A stretch of 64,000 nucleotides of DNA. Source: Camelus ferus. Its lineage: Eukaryota. The number at the start of each line of letters is the position of its first letter. Position 1 is the first letter of the stretch. The notes under the pieces are model-generated. The model saw only the letters and a program-made list of their open reading frames with translations. It was not told the origin of the DNA and made no database searches. The stretch lies in contig NC_045696.1 of the NCBI RefSeq assembly GCF_009834535.1, positions 80,850,001-80,914,000 of the forward strand, given 5' to 3'. Both the position numbers and the translations under genes were made by a program. Shown here piece by piece: positions 1 through 12,560 of this stretch.

Positions 1-939
1 TTAAAACAAAACTTTTCCCTACCCATGTCCTGAATTCTCTCTGAGTTGCTCAGATACCCCTTGCTTTAAAACTTCCTCCTTTCCTCTTATGCTCTGTGCC
101 CTGCTGCTGCCCACCAGCTGCAGTCATCCTTTAAGTGCGATGACACCTAGATGTGTACCTGCTGTCCATGCGGGGGACCGGAGCACCAGACCTATATCTC
201 CTGCAGCCTGCTGTGCGTCCACCCTGGATGGCCCACAGGACCTTGCACTCAGCCTCCATCCCACACCCCCCTCCTCCCTCCAGCCTGCTCTTCCACGTGT
301 GTTCACAGCTCTGTGGATACCACCCTCTGCAAGGCTCAGACCCCAAACCTAACTTGAGCAAGTGAGCAAGTAAGCACTGTTGCCTCCAGGATTACTGCCC
401 CAGCCTCCTTGATAAAGTTTGTGAAAATGTGGACTTGTATCTTTTAGACTGGTCTGCCTTCCCCTTTACCTGGAATGTCTTCTACATTTCTTGCTTCTCT
501 TTCTAATATGCACATCTGGCCACTTTCTGGTTTAAAATCTCTTGGTGATGCCTCTTTACCTCCATGATGTGTCATCTGAGGACTCCTGCCTCCCTCAGGG
601 AGTTTTCTTCTGCTGGTCCCCCCAGCGTCACCAAGCTCCTTGTGGTCCCTCCAGTGACCCGCTCCCTGCTTCTCCCTTTGCCTTGGCAGGCTAAGTGAGT
701 GCCCTCTGCCTGGGGAATCCCTTTCCTGCTGTACGGCCTGCAGGTCTCAGCTCTGTGACCACTTTGCTGGATAGCCTTTCCCTGCCTGCATCATCATGAG
801 GACTGTCCACAGAGCCCATCTCGTCCAGCATCTCCCACTCTCTTGCATTTGACTAGGGTCTGGCAGGGATTCACAAGAGGTGTGCATGCAGGAGGGCAGA
901 ATTATCAAAGTATGTGGTTAGGAGCACTGATTTTAGGGC

Positions 940-1382
940 TGTGGACTGAAAAAAAAGGTACAACCTAAAAGCAGAGAATTTTGTTTTATTTGGTGGACTT
1001 GCTGAGACCATAAGCCCAGGGAGGCAGCCTCTCAAATAGATCTGAGAGACTGCTGCAAAGAGGTGAGGGAGGAGCCAGGATATATAGGAGTTTTTGCAAC
1101 TAAAACCAGGGAGTCGGAATATCAAAAGATTACTGTTAATTAAAGAAAAACCAGACATCTCAAGTTAATGAATTTAGCACTTTTCTATGTATGGGAAGTT
1201 AAAAGAGTGAGGGCACTGAAATCATTCATTTGATATGCACCTTAACTACCTAGGGCCAGGATCCTGTCTTCCTCCATCCTGAATCCCCCAAGAGTGCACT
1301 GCCAGGGGTGGCTGCAGTGTCTGGAGGCTTGATGGCTGTAACATCCTTTGTTTAATGATACAGGGGTGACATTCTTCTCCCA
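940..1382 (-). mobile_element. Solo ERV1-type LTR (MER41-like, artiodactyl) inserted into a MIR
   Basis: Starts TG (tgtggactgaaaaaaa), ends near CA at 1381-1382; AATAAA on the - strand (ttttatt ~984-990); splits a MIR whose halves lie at ~905-939 and ~1383-1570. Family name from memory; no clear TSD. Confidence 0.65.
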
Positions 1383-1572
1383 ATTAGGTTCTAATTCCAG
1401 CTCCATCACTAGCTGTTTGATCTTGGCAAGGTATTTACCCATTAGATGCCTCAGTTTTCTCATCTACAAAACTGGTATAATAATGGTGTGTGATTTGAAT
1501 GAGTTAATACTTGTAAAGCACTTTAGAACCATACCTACCTTATAGTGAGAGCTTAAATATTAGCGATTATTA
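1383..1572 (+). mobile_element. MIR SINE (3' part)
   Basis: MIR core: actagctgtttgatcttggcaagg...gcctcagttttctcatctacaaaactggtataataat...gagttaatacttgtaaagcactttagaac. Confidence 0.8.
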
Positions 1573-4500
1573 TTAGTTTTCATTTCAGTAATGTGGCTTA
1601 GTCCCATTTAAAAGTGACATCCTGCTATACTTTGATTTTTGCTGGAGTTTCATTAAAGACTGTAGTGTAATTTGAAATCCAGTCTTTAACTGTTCTTCAT
1701 CCCTATTGAAGTTGATCTGATATAGACATTGATTTTAGCAGAAATAATGCATATGAGACAAAAGGAAATCTTTTTTGAAAGATAGATAGGAAAGATCCTG
1801 GGGATACAGCCTTTTAACAGAATGATGGAGACGCTGTCCCACCTGCAGTTAGGTAGTTGAGTTGGGAATTTACCCATGGTTTTTCCATTTCAGGGATTAT
1901 GTTGACCTCCCAGGAATTTTTCTTATAGCCCTTTGGGTAAAGGGGAGATCAGTGTTATTTATCAGAGGATTTCTCTGGGAATGCAAATCATACATGCTTG
2001 CAAATCAGATCCATATTAAAGAGATGGATTTGAATGTAATTACATTTTTTTGCATGAGTATTTTCATATCTTCTATAAATATTACACTCTGTGGGAGGAA
2101 AAAAAACTTTTCACGATCCTTACCACACATTGTATGAAACCTTAATGTGCGCTTATAATCAATTCTTTTCTTCCTTTTTGTTTTTCTTTCAACATCAAAG
2201 TAAAATTTGGCCTGAGGCTTAGCTGTTCCAGCTTTTACTTGGTTTTGCCACCAGGTGGAGCACTGGCTCCTTTATAAGGCATGGGCCACAGGGCTGGAGC
2301 TGGTTTTCTCACTGGGGTGGCTGTTTTGCCCACCTTATTTACAAAGTGACCCCTGGAGAAACAGTTGAGCCCTCACCCTGGGAGTGGGTGGAGAAGGATA
2401 GCAGGGCGAGTGTCAGATCTGAGGGACCCTTGAGGCTTTTCACGCCTGATCTTGTTGAGGTAATATGCTAATGGCTTATGTTTCATAGGTTTTGGGTAAC
2501 TTGAATTTTACCAGAAATACATGTAAATCAACTTGGCAACAAGTGAATCAAGTTTTCCTTGGAATATTTGGTCCCATCTTTATGGCTCAGGAGAAACAGT
2601 AAAATTAGGTATCCTTGACCATTATGTTAAACATGTCTTATTTAAATAAAGTAGAAATTATGGAAGAAAGCCGTTAGAATTAAAACTGTTCTTGGAGTTG
2701 AAAACTAGGGGAGAATTCTGTATACTGTGAGCACATTATGTTAAAAAGCAGAGCATGGATTTTTATTCTTTCTCAAGCAATACACTGGAACATTATTGGC
2801 TGCTTTAAGATATAAATGCCCTAATGAAACTATTAATTATATTTTTGTAGGATGACAAATAAATAAAAATTTCTTCCTTTGAAACCATGAGTTATATTAA
2901 ATTCCGGTTTAAACTATACAAAATTACAAAACTGAAAAGAAAACTTTTTTATTTTATAAACAACATATCTCTAGATGGTGAAACTGAATTATGAGTGACT
3001 TTTCAAGCTTATAGATATTAAGTCAGAATCAGAAGTTAGAAGGTTCTTTGATGAATTTTCCTCTTGAACTTAGATTAATTTTTTGGCTTTAGTGATAAAT
3101 GAGGTTTTTACACTTATTTAATGATATTTTTTAAATCTAGAAGTAATGATAGTGTGTGCCTTTGAGTCTCAAACAATAGCTCCATGTGTCCCTCTTAGGC
3201 AATGTGAAATTGTAATGCTGTATGTTCCACCACCACCACCAACTTGGGCAACAATGTAAAACTCATTTCACAGCCCTAATGGAGGGGAAACTGTATTCCT
3301 CTTGTTTAAAATGAATGAGTCACTTTAACACAGCGTCTGAGGGGAGAGAAGCGAGTGAGGGTGTTACAGTTTTCTTGGGCAGCAAATACAAAAACGAAGC
3401 CTGAAGCCTTAGCTCTTTCTGTATGTGGGTTTTATTTCTCACAGCAGCCTAGTGTCTATTTAACATATGGGAGTGGTTTCAAGTTCATTCCTAAAGCTTA
3501 GAGGCTAAAGTGCTTTGTGGGCTTGGCTGTGACTTAAGTTGCCTATGGGGAGTCAGCCAAAACCGGGGCTTGGGAACCGACTGCTTTCCCCGCGTATGTA
3601 GCTTCTGTGGTAGTCAGTTTTTTCTCCTCTCGGCTATCAGCTGCTTTGGAGATTAGTTGCATAGTAAGGATTCTTTCTTTAAAGCAAGATGAAGCGACTA
3701 CTCTCACAGGGGCACCAGGTTAGTAAATAACGTCTTGAACTTTCTGCTGCATATGTCAGATTGTTTTTTCTGTCCTCACGGGGCGATGATTTGACAGCAT
3801 AGCATTTATGTTGTTGCCGTGTTCTTTTAGAAAATAAGGTGAGTTTGTTGATCCTACAGAGGTTTGGGGCTTATGGTTCTCCTAGTATGTGCATTGTTGG
3901 ACAATATTAAGTGCAGGTGGAAGTCAAGAAATGGCATAAATGTATTGGATTTGCAGTCTGGAGTTCTGTACTTGTTTGTATTTTCAGTTCCTTTTTCAGA
4001 ATTCCATTCTTTGTGTCTTCCCAGTCTACCTTCTAGGCATGCCTGTGATTTTATACACAGTTGATTTTGCTTTTTGGAACATTAGGCAGCAGCGCATTGC
4101 ACCCAGCTCCAGTGTCATCCCTCACACACTTGTGCATGTTTGCTTGATGCGTGGTTTTCTCTGGGGCCTACTTCTTATAGTTACAAGGGACCAGAATACC
4201 GTTTTAATGTTCTCTTTGAAAAGTCTGGAATTTTTCTAGAAAGCCTCAGAAAATACCTGCATAACAGTTGATGTGGGCATGTGTACAAGTGGACCGAGCT
4301 GGACTGAACCCCTTCCTTAGCCGTCACTGTTTTTATTTGTAAGTGATTCCTCAGAATCCGAGATTGCTCTAACAGTAAATATGACTGTCAACATGGAGTG
4401 TTGTAAGACATAAAAGTATCGCTAATAGTATTAAAATGAAATTAAGTGAATAGAATGAAATATCAAGGGAGTGTCTTCCTTAATTTCATTAACTTAAACA

Positions 4501-6469
4501 TCCAGAGAGTGATTTTACCTTTGTTCACTCGTCACCAAAGCAATCGGCATGAAATTGGTCTATAAAAGAGTGGTTCGACTTGATGGTATTTTCAAGTTTG
4601 CAACACTTTATGAAATAGACTTGCTTTTATGTTATTTTAAGTATGCTTTAGTTCAGGTTAAGCACTAGTGTTTTAAAATATGCTAGTATGCTGCTGTTAT
4701 TGTCATTTTAATCTCCTCCTTTTTTTTTCCCCCACCCTGGGAAATACAGTGTTTCAGGAAGGGCCTGTTCTCTCATGTTCTCCTCTGTTTAAAAAATGTA
4801 AAATTGAGATGGAAAGGAGACAGAAATCGGTACTTAAAAAAAATCTTTGTGGTGACTTGCTGAACGCTACGGTTCCCAGTCCCAGCTGGGCTGAGGCTGA
4901 AGTTGTGAAGGTGCGGCTCCGTGCCATCTCAGGACTGGGAAACTGACGGCGCTTTATCCCCACCAAGACACGGGCGTGCAGCTAGCTGTGTTGCTGACCT
5001 TGCCTCTGCAGATATTTTCCTTAACAGCAAGTCCCACTCCCCCCAAAGCAGTGATTGCTACGACTTGCTTAATATTTGCTATTACCGCACATATATGCTA
5101 TTATTATTAAATGCCATTACTTAAAAATTTAAAGGAAGACTTTTGTCAGTCTGATTGTAGCTGTTCGATGATTTTAAAGGACAGTGTTAAGGCATTTTAC
5201 TCGTTGACGACTCATTTGTGCTTAGTTGCCACGGAGAAGAGTCTTAAAAAGCTCATGTGAGGCTGGTTTATGTCTGGTAGATCTCAGTTTCTGTGTTCCC
5301 AAGAGCTTTGCAGCCTTTTCTTCTACAGATGATAACAAAACAAAATACCGCTGATTAGAAACAGAAATGAACAATGTGGCAAAGGATAGAATAAGAGGGG
5401 AAACTCCCTAAAACCTAGATTTCATTACATCAAGTTTCCTTCAAACATGAAGAAAAAAGACGGTACAACAGCAAGTTCAAAATCTGTGATTTGGGATCTA
5501 AGCAAATCTTCCCCCTGACTCTAGGTTTGGCACGCACGTTGCAATTCTTGTTCTCATCTTGCCAGACTGGTTTAGTTTTGTTACAGCTCTGCCTTTTGGC
5601 TAAAATCAAGCAGAGACGGGCGGCCATTTTTCCCATTCCATATCATGTAATTTTAAGTTAAGCTTGAGCCAATTAATTTTTATCCAACATGCTTTCTTGT
5701 TAACATTCAAAGTCCTCTAGATGTCCCATAAATCTTGGATGGTTATGAACATAATTGATGTTCCAGAAGCATATGATCCTTATTTTCTATTAAAATGAAT
5801 CTGAGTTTCAAAGTTGGAGACAAATCCTTAGGCAAACTGTTTCAACAGGAATTGGCTCACACCCAAAGCACTGGGAAGGTTGAAAGTCAGAAGAAAAGGA
5901 CTCAGAGGAAAGAAATGAATACCTAGGAGTAACTGTGACGTAGGAGTGGGCTTTCTGACTGCTGAGTCTCTTGATACATTTTCTCCCGTAAGCCAGTTCC
6001 ATCCACACCCTGGATCACTCTCCTTCTTGCCCACAGTCTTCATCTTTGAGGTGCATGTGTTGGGAGCTGCCGGCTCTTTATTTGCAGTTTCTGGCGTTGT
6101 CAGATCCATGGATGTCACCCCTTGCCTTTTTCATCTCTAAGCACCCCCTCCCTGGGTTCTTGTTCTTAGCTCTGCACGTGGAAAGTGCCAATGTGCATGG
6201 GTCTTGTGTTTACATATCAGAAAGTAGGGACAGAAAACCAAGGAGGTTGTGACACCACCTGCCCCAGAAATTCACTATCTTAGTAATGACGGTAAATGCT
6301 GGCTTCCCAGAGGGACTGCGAAGGCTGAGGACAGATTCCGCTCCCAGGGCTGAGCTGACTGTAGGCTTCCTCGGTCCCTCTTTTCTTCTGAAGAACCCAG
6401 TTTAAGTCTGGTGTGGCATTTCTGGGGGTGATGGTGTCAGCACTCGTAGCAGGAGTGGTAGAGGCGCTG

Positions 6470-6640
6470 GCAGTAGTAATAACAATACTGACGCTCAGAA
6501 AGCACAGTCCTGCTCTCAGTCTCTTGTTTAACCCTCACAACAACCCTAAGAGGTCAGCTGTCTTTATTTATCCCCATTTTACAGTTGATGGGACTGTCCC
6601 AGGAAGGCTGCATAACTTGTCCCAAGTCACAGCAGCTGGT
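6470..6640 (-). mobile_element. MIR SINE
   Basis: tttaaccctcacaacaaccctaagagg...atccccattttacagttgatggg...aacttgtcccaagtcacagcagct is the reverse MIR core. Confidence 0.75.
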
Positions 6641-8947
6641 CAGCAGTAATAGTAGGGTGCCTCGGAGGGAGGCCGTGGTGGGGAAAACATGGTATGAGAA
6701 GCTGATGTCCTCGGGAAATAGAATCCAGACTTTATTATGAATGGGAGGCAGCCATGTACATACTGACATCTGTGCTGCCCGTCCTGCTCAAAGATGCCTC
6801 TGTTGACCCACTGTCAACCAGCAAGCACGTCCTTTGTGTTCCTTTTCCACTGGGGGGGGGGGTGAGCTTGTGCTCTGCTTTCCCACTTGTTCTGCTGGTG
6901 ACCAGTGGCAAGAACCAGTGACCAGTGGTGGGACGTAGAGCTTGCTCGTGGTGAGTAAATGAGACCAGTGGTGACCAGTCCACATGGAGGATAAGCCCAT
7001 AGCTTTGAAAACTGTCTTTCAACTACGTAAGCTAACCTTGGAACTTTCGAGACTTTTTAAGGCTGAAGTAATAAAACCACTAAGGCTGGGAATTTGATCT
7101 CCTGATTGATTAGCTTTAATCTGGCCTGTACGGGAGTCCTCTTCATTCCTGCCCACTGTGATTTCCTGCTGATAATCAAAGCTTTGGTTATTTTATTCGT
7201 CCTGAAGACTTTCTGAAACTTAGTGGAAAGCCAAGAATATGAGACACGTATTTCCTTTAAAAACGTAAATGTGCATTTGAAAATGCTGGACAAATAACAT
7301 ACTCTAGATCTGGCCAAAACTCAACCATGTGACAGATACATTTGGAGTCTTTAAAAATGTATAAAAATACAGTCCATAGGTTAAGGAGTTAAATTTTAAA
7401 AAAGAAAGAAAGAAAAACAATCATACAGTAAGAATTCTGACTTTTGGATGGGGAGGCACTTTCTCTTCCTAAAACCAACAGAGAAAATTACAAAAGGAAT
7501 AGGGCAAAAGATTGGAATTGTCCAGGTAGGGGTGTAAAAGTTTTAATTTCAAAAATACTCATTGAAGTATTATTTGTTATCATGAAAAGTTGGAAATAAT
7601 CAAAACATACAGTAGTGGAAGAAAGTTGCATGATGGATCATTATGCAACTGTTACAGTTTTACCTGTGAAACGTTGTAATATGAGGAAATGGTGATGTTA
7701 GATCTTTAAGTGAAAACAATCTTTAAGTTCAGACTATTTGTGCCTCACATACTTGGCCATGTTTTAAACATGCCTGTCTCTGTGTGTGTTATGCTTGGGG
7801 AGACAGGCTAGGTGGTCACCTTAAGTTCACAGGGCTTTGGGATCGTTTTAAACCTGGGAGTTTCTGGCAGTTTTAATTTTCTTCTTATACTTTTCTGCAT
7901 ATTAATATTTAAAAATGGGGTTCCTTTATATTTAAACAAATAAAAACTATTCCTGGAGAGAGAAAAATGAAAACCAGATATAGCGAAATTGAATATTAAG
8001 TTAACATCACCCACCATCTATTTCAGTGGTAGCTCTCTAAGAATGGTTCTCCCTTCCTCAAATATTTTGTAAATTTAAGGTTTCCTTTAAGAAGATGGAG
8101 TGACAGGTTAGAGCTGATGCAAGATCAGCTTTTATAAAGGAGAGGGTAAGTTTTACTTTGGAGAACAATTATTTTGCGGCAGTTACGCATTATGTTAGGA
8201 AGCTGCCTTTTGATTTTTATGTACCAGGTTTAAAATTTTAGTCAGATATCATAGCTAATCAAATTATAAGACTGTCATTTATTTAATGAGGAATGTGGGA
8301 GGAGGCTCACTTGAATACTTGAAATCTCGGTCCAGGAAAGACACTTCCGTGAATTTCCAGTGTGTCCAGATGTCTTGATGACGCTTCCTTGGTCAAAGAG
8401 CAGTGGCTGATTGTTTAGAAGGGGACAAGTCAACGTACTGACACAACCCTTAGCAGATATAGTGTGATGGAATAGTGAAGGTGGGGGAGAACCTTAGAGT
8501 AGTTGACTTCGTTCTTCCGCCTCCTTTTCTAAGCGCAGAACGATTGAGTCCCCAGCGGCCACAAGGTTCCAGTCGACTTGATTGAAGTCTTTTCGGGCCT
8601 TTTGAGGTCCTCTGATTCCCCTATTGCTGCCATTTTTAAGATTTCATTCTGTTCACTTAAATTTTAGCAATGAGGAATGAAATTATACTTCCATTTTTCC
8701 TGGGTTGGTAAAAATCAGAAGCCAGTACCATTCGGCACTTACCTAACGACACTTGAGGAAGAAGCTGAAGCTTCCGAGGACAGCTTACCGACCTCACAGG
8801 AGTTGTCTGCCGTCTCGTCGTGGTTGTCTGAACATTTTGTTCTTGGGTGCTGGCTTACTTAATGCACATCTGGTTTTCATGTTTGTTCTGGAAGACTCAG
8901 GCCATGTGGAGTGACTAGAGATCACTTGATACTGAACCCGGGGAACG

Positions 8948-9228
8948 GTTTTGTAACAGCTTTATTGATATCGTATAATTTACCTATCACAAAGTTATCC
9001 CCTTCAAAGCGTACAATTCAGTGTCCTTTCGTGGATTTACAGAGTTCTGTAACCATCACCATAATCTAATTTTAGGACATTTTCTTCACCCCTGAAAGAA
9101 ACCTTGTACCCAGTCTCCCTTCTCCCCTCTCTTCCTCACCCAGCCCTGGGCAACCTCTCTTCTGCTATCTGTAGATCTCTCTAGATTTGCCCATTTTGAA
9201 CATTTCACATGAATGGAATCATACAATG
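8948..9228 (-). mobile_element. Old L1 (L1MB-like) 3' end fragment
   Basis: acagctttattgatat...tacaattcagtg...aaccatcaccataatctaattttaggacattttc...ttttgaacatttcacatgaatggaatcatacaat. Confidence 0.75.
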
Positions 9229-9519
9229 AGTGAGAAAGCTGGAAATTTTGATTTGATGCTGAAAGACCACTTAGACGAGCGTGACCTGGTTACTCTGTGG
9301 ACCCTTCTCAACAGTGTCCGGAAATGTGAGATTAAGACCAAATGAGCTCAGTGTTGTCACCTATTTCATAGCTTAAGCAGCTTATTTTTGTTTTCCAGAG
9401 TCCCCGCATTCCAGATTCAAATAAAAAATATTCAGTATTCAAATTTTAAAAATATGTGGGAGTACCTATCCATTAATATGAGATTGTTGTAGGCTATGTT
9501 GCAAAAATTTTTGTTTAGA

Positions 9520-9710
9520 CCGCTAGTTAGTTGGGACCTTCAGTGAGTTACTTGACTTCTCCAAGACTCAATTTCCTTATCTATAAAATGGGGGTTATGA
9601 TATAGAGTTTAACTTTTTGGGTTCTTGTATTAAATGAAATAATGTATATACAAGGCCTCCCACAGTGCCTGATGCATAATGAGTGTTAAGTGAATGTGAC
9701 CTATTGTTGT
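9520..9710 (+). mobile_element. MIR SINE
   Basis: ctcaatttccttatctataaaatggggg...attaaatgaaataatgtatat...cacagtgcctgatgcataatgagtg. Confidence 0.75.
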
Positions 9711-11989
9711 CATGAGTGTCATTTATAATAAACTGTAGAAGGTTATTTTATTTTATTTTTCCTGGCTTCGTTTATATCCTACTAAGGATTTGAGTTGGCT
9801 TGCAGGAATATCTGTATACCCTTACACACACACTCACAGGAATAAAACACAACCAGGGATGATGAAGTGAATGGGAAGTTAGTATCAGAGGAAGTAGCAA
9901 TGACAGCAGCAGTGAGAGCTAACATCTGTATAGCAGGTTTTCAATGGACATTCCCTTAGTGTCTTTCCTAGTGAGCTGAGGGAATATTGCCGGATCAGAA
10001 GTGGGCAGAAACAAGCAAATAAGAGCCCCAGGCTAGGGCCTAGGAGGGACCTTGGTGGTCTCTAGTTCACCTTCAAACCCCACACATGAGACATTGGCAG
10101 AGACGGCACCTCGGTGTGGTGCTGGAGCTCACAGTGTGATAGGGAGTCCCCATCTCACAGCATGTGTGGCCACTATTTACCATGTCTAAGCTGGGATTAG
10201 AACCCAAGTTGACTCCAAAACTATAAAATTATAAATTGTCTACTCCAGACAGCCAGTTTCTTTGTTACTAGTTCTCTCTTTTTTTTTTTTAGGATGTTCT
10301 TGTATGTATTAAACTGAAATGTACATTCTTGTAGGTACCTGCCCCCTTTCTAATTATCATAGTACCTTTTACCTGGAGAAGCAAATATCTAATCAGATAG
10401 TCCCCCAGATATCTAAAAACAATTATAACAGCACTGTCTCGCTCTCTTGCTCAGACAAGCAAGGATATTTTTATTCTTCAGGTTACACAGTCCCACACAC
10501 TGTAGCTGTTCCTTTTTCTTTGACTATGCTTTCCTTTTGAATATGCTCAGTGAGCTCCTGTCTGGTCTTCAAGATTCCTTTCCAGCGTGCCTTCCCAGCA
10601 GTAACCTTCCCCATGCCCTAGGCTGAGCACTTCCTGCTGTGGGCTCCTACTGCCCTTCTCTTCATGCTCTGAGAATTAGCTGCTAAAAGCCTGTCTCCAG
10701 GCCTGGACTGTGAGCCCTGGACTGTGAGCTGTTGACCTTTGTGCTCCTCCACTCCATACCTGCACCTGACATGTGGTAGTTGCTCAACACCATGGAAGAG
10801 AGAATTTTGATCTTATGTCATGTGGATTCCTAACTACATCTGGGTTTACAGAGGTATCACTTATAAGAAATATCTTTAACAAAAAATGTGTAGGTAAACT
10901 TTGAGAGCTGAGAAGATGGCCAGAAAGCCATAGCCTGTGGCTTCTCTTGGGTCAAAAGTAGCATCATCGGGGGAGTAAGGCTGTGAGGTCCTTCAGTCGG
11001 TTACTGTGCCATTCGTTTTCACTTGGCAGAAGAATCCACTAGTTGCCTGATGTAAGCAAGGTACCTTTGCTCAGAGAGATTTAGATAAAAATGATTGTAA
11101 CACTGACAATGTAGTTGAATCACAAAGTTCACAGTAAGCTTAGTACCCAGTGTTCAAATACATGTTGATAAGAAGATACAGTCCAAAGTTACACTTCTTT
11201 TTAATCTGAGATCTCAGCAGTTTCTCATAGGGTATGGATAGACGTTTTCCACTAAAGCATGGATAGAGGGTTAAAAAAAAAAAGTGTGTAACTGGGGCAA
11301 GAAGGGAGCTGGCCTACAGCTGAAGGAAAGAGTGTGGATCTCACCAAGGGTTTGCTGTAATTCAGAAAACTGGTCTGCATCTTAAATGGATTCGTTAGGG
11401 CCCAACTAGAACATTCTACATGGAGTAGGTCAGGGCCGGCGGTGTTATCTTAGAGTCCCAGTACGCACTGCTTCTTGCCCGCTGAGTTCGAATCTACCAG
11501 TCTTCTGCATCCAGACTGTGTCTTTGCCTCCCACGTGAGCTGCTACCATACCGGGCACCCAGTGAGTCCTCCTCCTCCCTTTACTTGTTGCCAGTTTTGT
11601 GCTAGCTTTTCCCTGGACTGCGGAGCCCATGCTGGTGGAGGCCTCGGGGCCACTTCTGCTCCAGGTGGTCCCCAGAGGCCTGGTCTGAGTTTGGAGGAGG
11701 GACAGTCAGGCATGGCATTCTAAATTTGAAGTGGACACAGGGTTCAGCCTCTGACACCAAGCAGGAGAGCGCTGACACGGCCCCATCCAGGTGCGCATGG
11801 AGCACATCCTGTTTTAGGAAGCTTTCCGCTCCCCAGGGCTCTGTCATAAAGGAGAACTGAGAGCTCCCAGTTCTCCTTTATGCCGATGTGACGTGGGCCT
11901 CTCCAGAATGTCCATCCCTGTGTTCTAGCTCCGACCCCTAGAACCACAGGGGAATCATCCACAGGTCTTGATATGTTTAAAATGCTTCT

Positions 11990-12250
11990 CATGTTTGTTC
12001 AGCCTAAAAACTCCAGATTGTTTTAACTATTCCTCATAATATCATGTTTTGCAGGCTTCTCCAACCCGGTCCCTATTCTCTGAGTATCCATGCTTTGCCT
12101 CTGTCGTTCCGTGGTCATCAGACTGAATACAGTCCCCCAGGTGTAGACTGACTAGCAGGCGGGGTGATCGGCTGCTTCTCTGGGTACTGCTCTTCAGATA
12201 ATTGTAGCCTAAGAGTGCATTGGCTTTTTAAAAATAATGTTAACATGTGT
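11990..12250 (-). mobile_element. L3/CR1 LINE fragment
   Basis: cagactgaatacagtcccccaggtgtagactgactagcag...gtagcctaagagtgcattggctttt resembles the L3 consensus as I recall it. Confidence 0.55.
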
Positions 12251-12354
12251 CATTTTGGGGGGAGACCATTACTATTTTCAAGGTAATCTGCCAAATTACC
12301 GTATATATGTTATGTCATTTAATCCTCACAGCAATCCTGAGGCCAGCACTACTA

Positions 12355-12560
12355 CTGTATTTCCTTGATTCTAAGACACTGTTAATGACAAGATACACCA
12401 TCAATTAAATTTCAGCTTCTCAGGGAGAAACAGAGGAAGGAAAATGCCAGCCCATTAAATGCAAACATGAGATACAATAGTCATGCCAGTTTCAGAGAAG
12501 TTAAACTGTGTGTTGGGGGAAGGGAGACAGAAAGCACATCTTAGAATCAAGGAAATGGGG
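12355..12560. mobile_element. Non-autonomous Tc2/mariner-type DNA transposon (MER104/Kanga-like) inside a MIR
   Basis: Inverted termini atttccttgattctaaga (12359-12376) / tcttagaatcaaggaaat (12539-12556); TA on both sides (12353-54, 12561-62); MIR sequence on both flanks. Confidence 0.75.

Noticed and set aside
6895..6980. Repeated gaccagtgg motifs, superficially array-like
   Set aside because: Short, irregularly spaced, mammalian intron; not CRISPR or a real tandem array.
10702..10729. 14 bp tandem duplication cctggactgtgagc x2
   Set aside because: Common slippage event within a decayed repeat.
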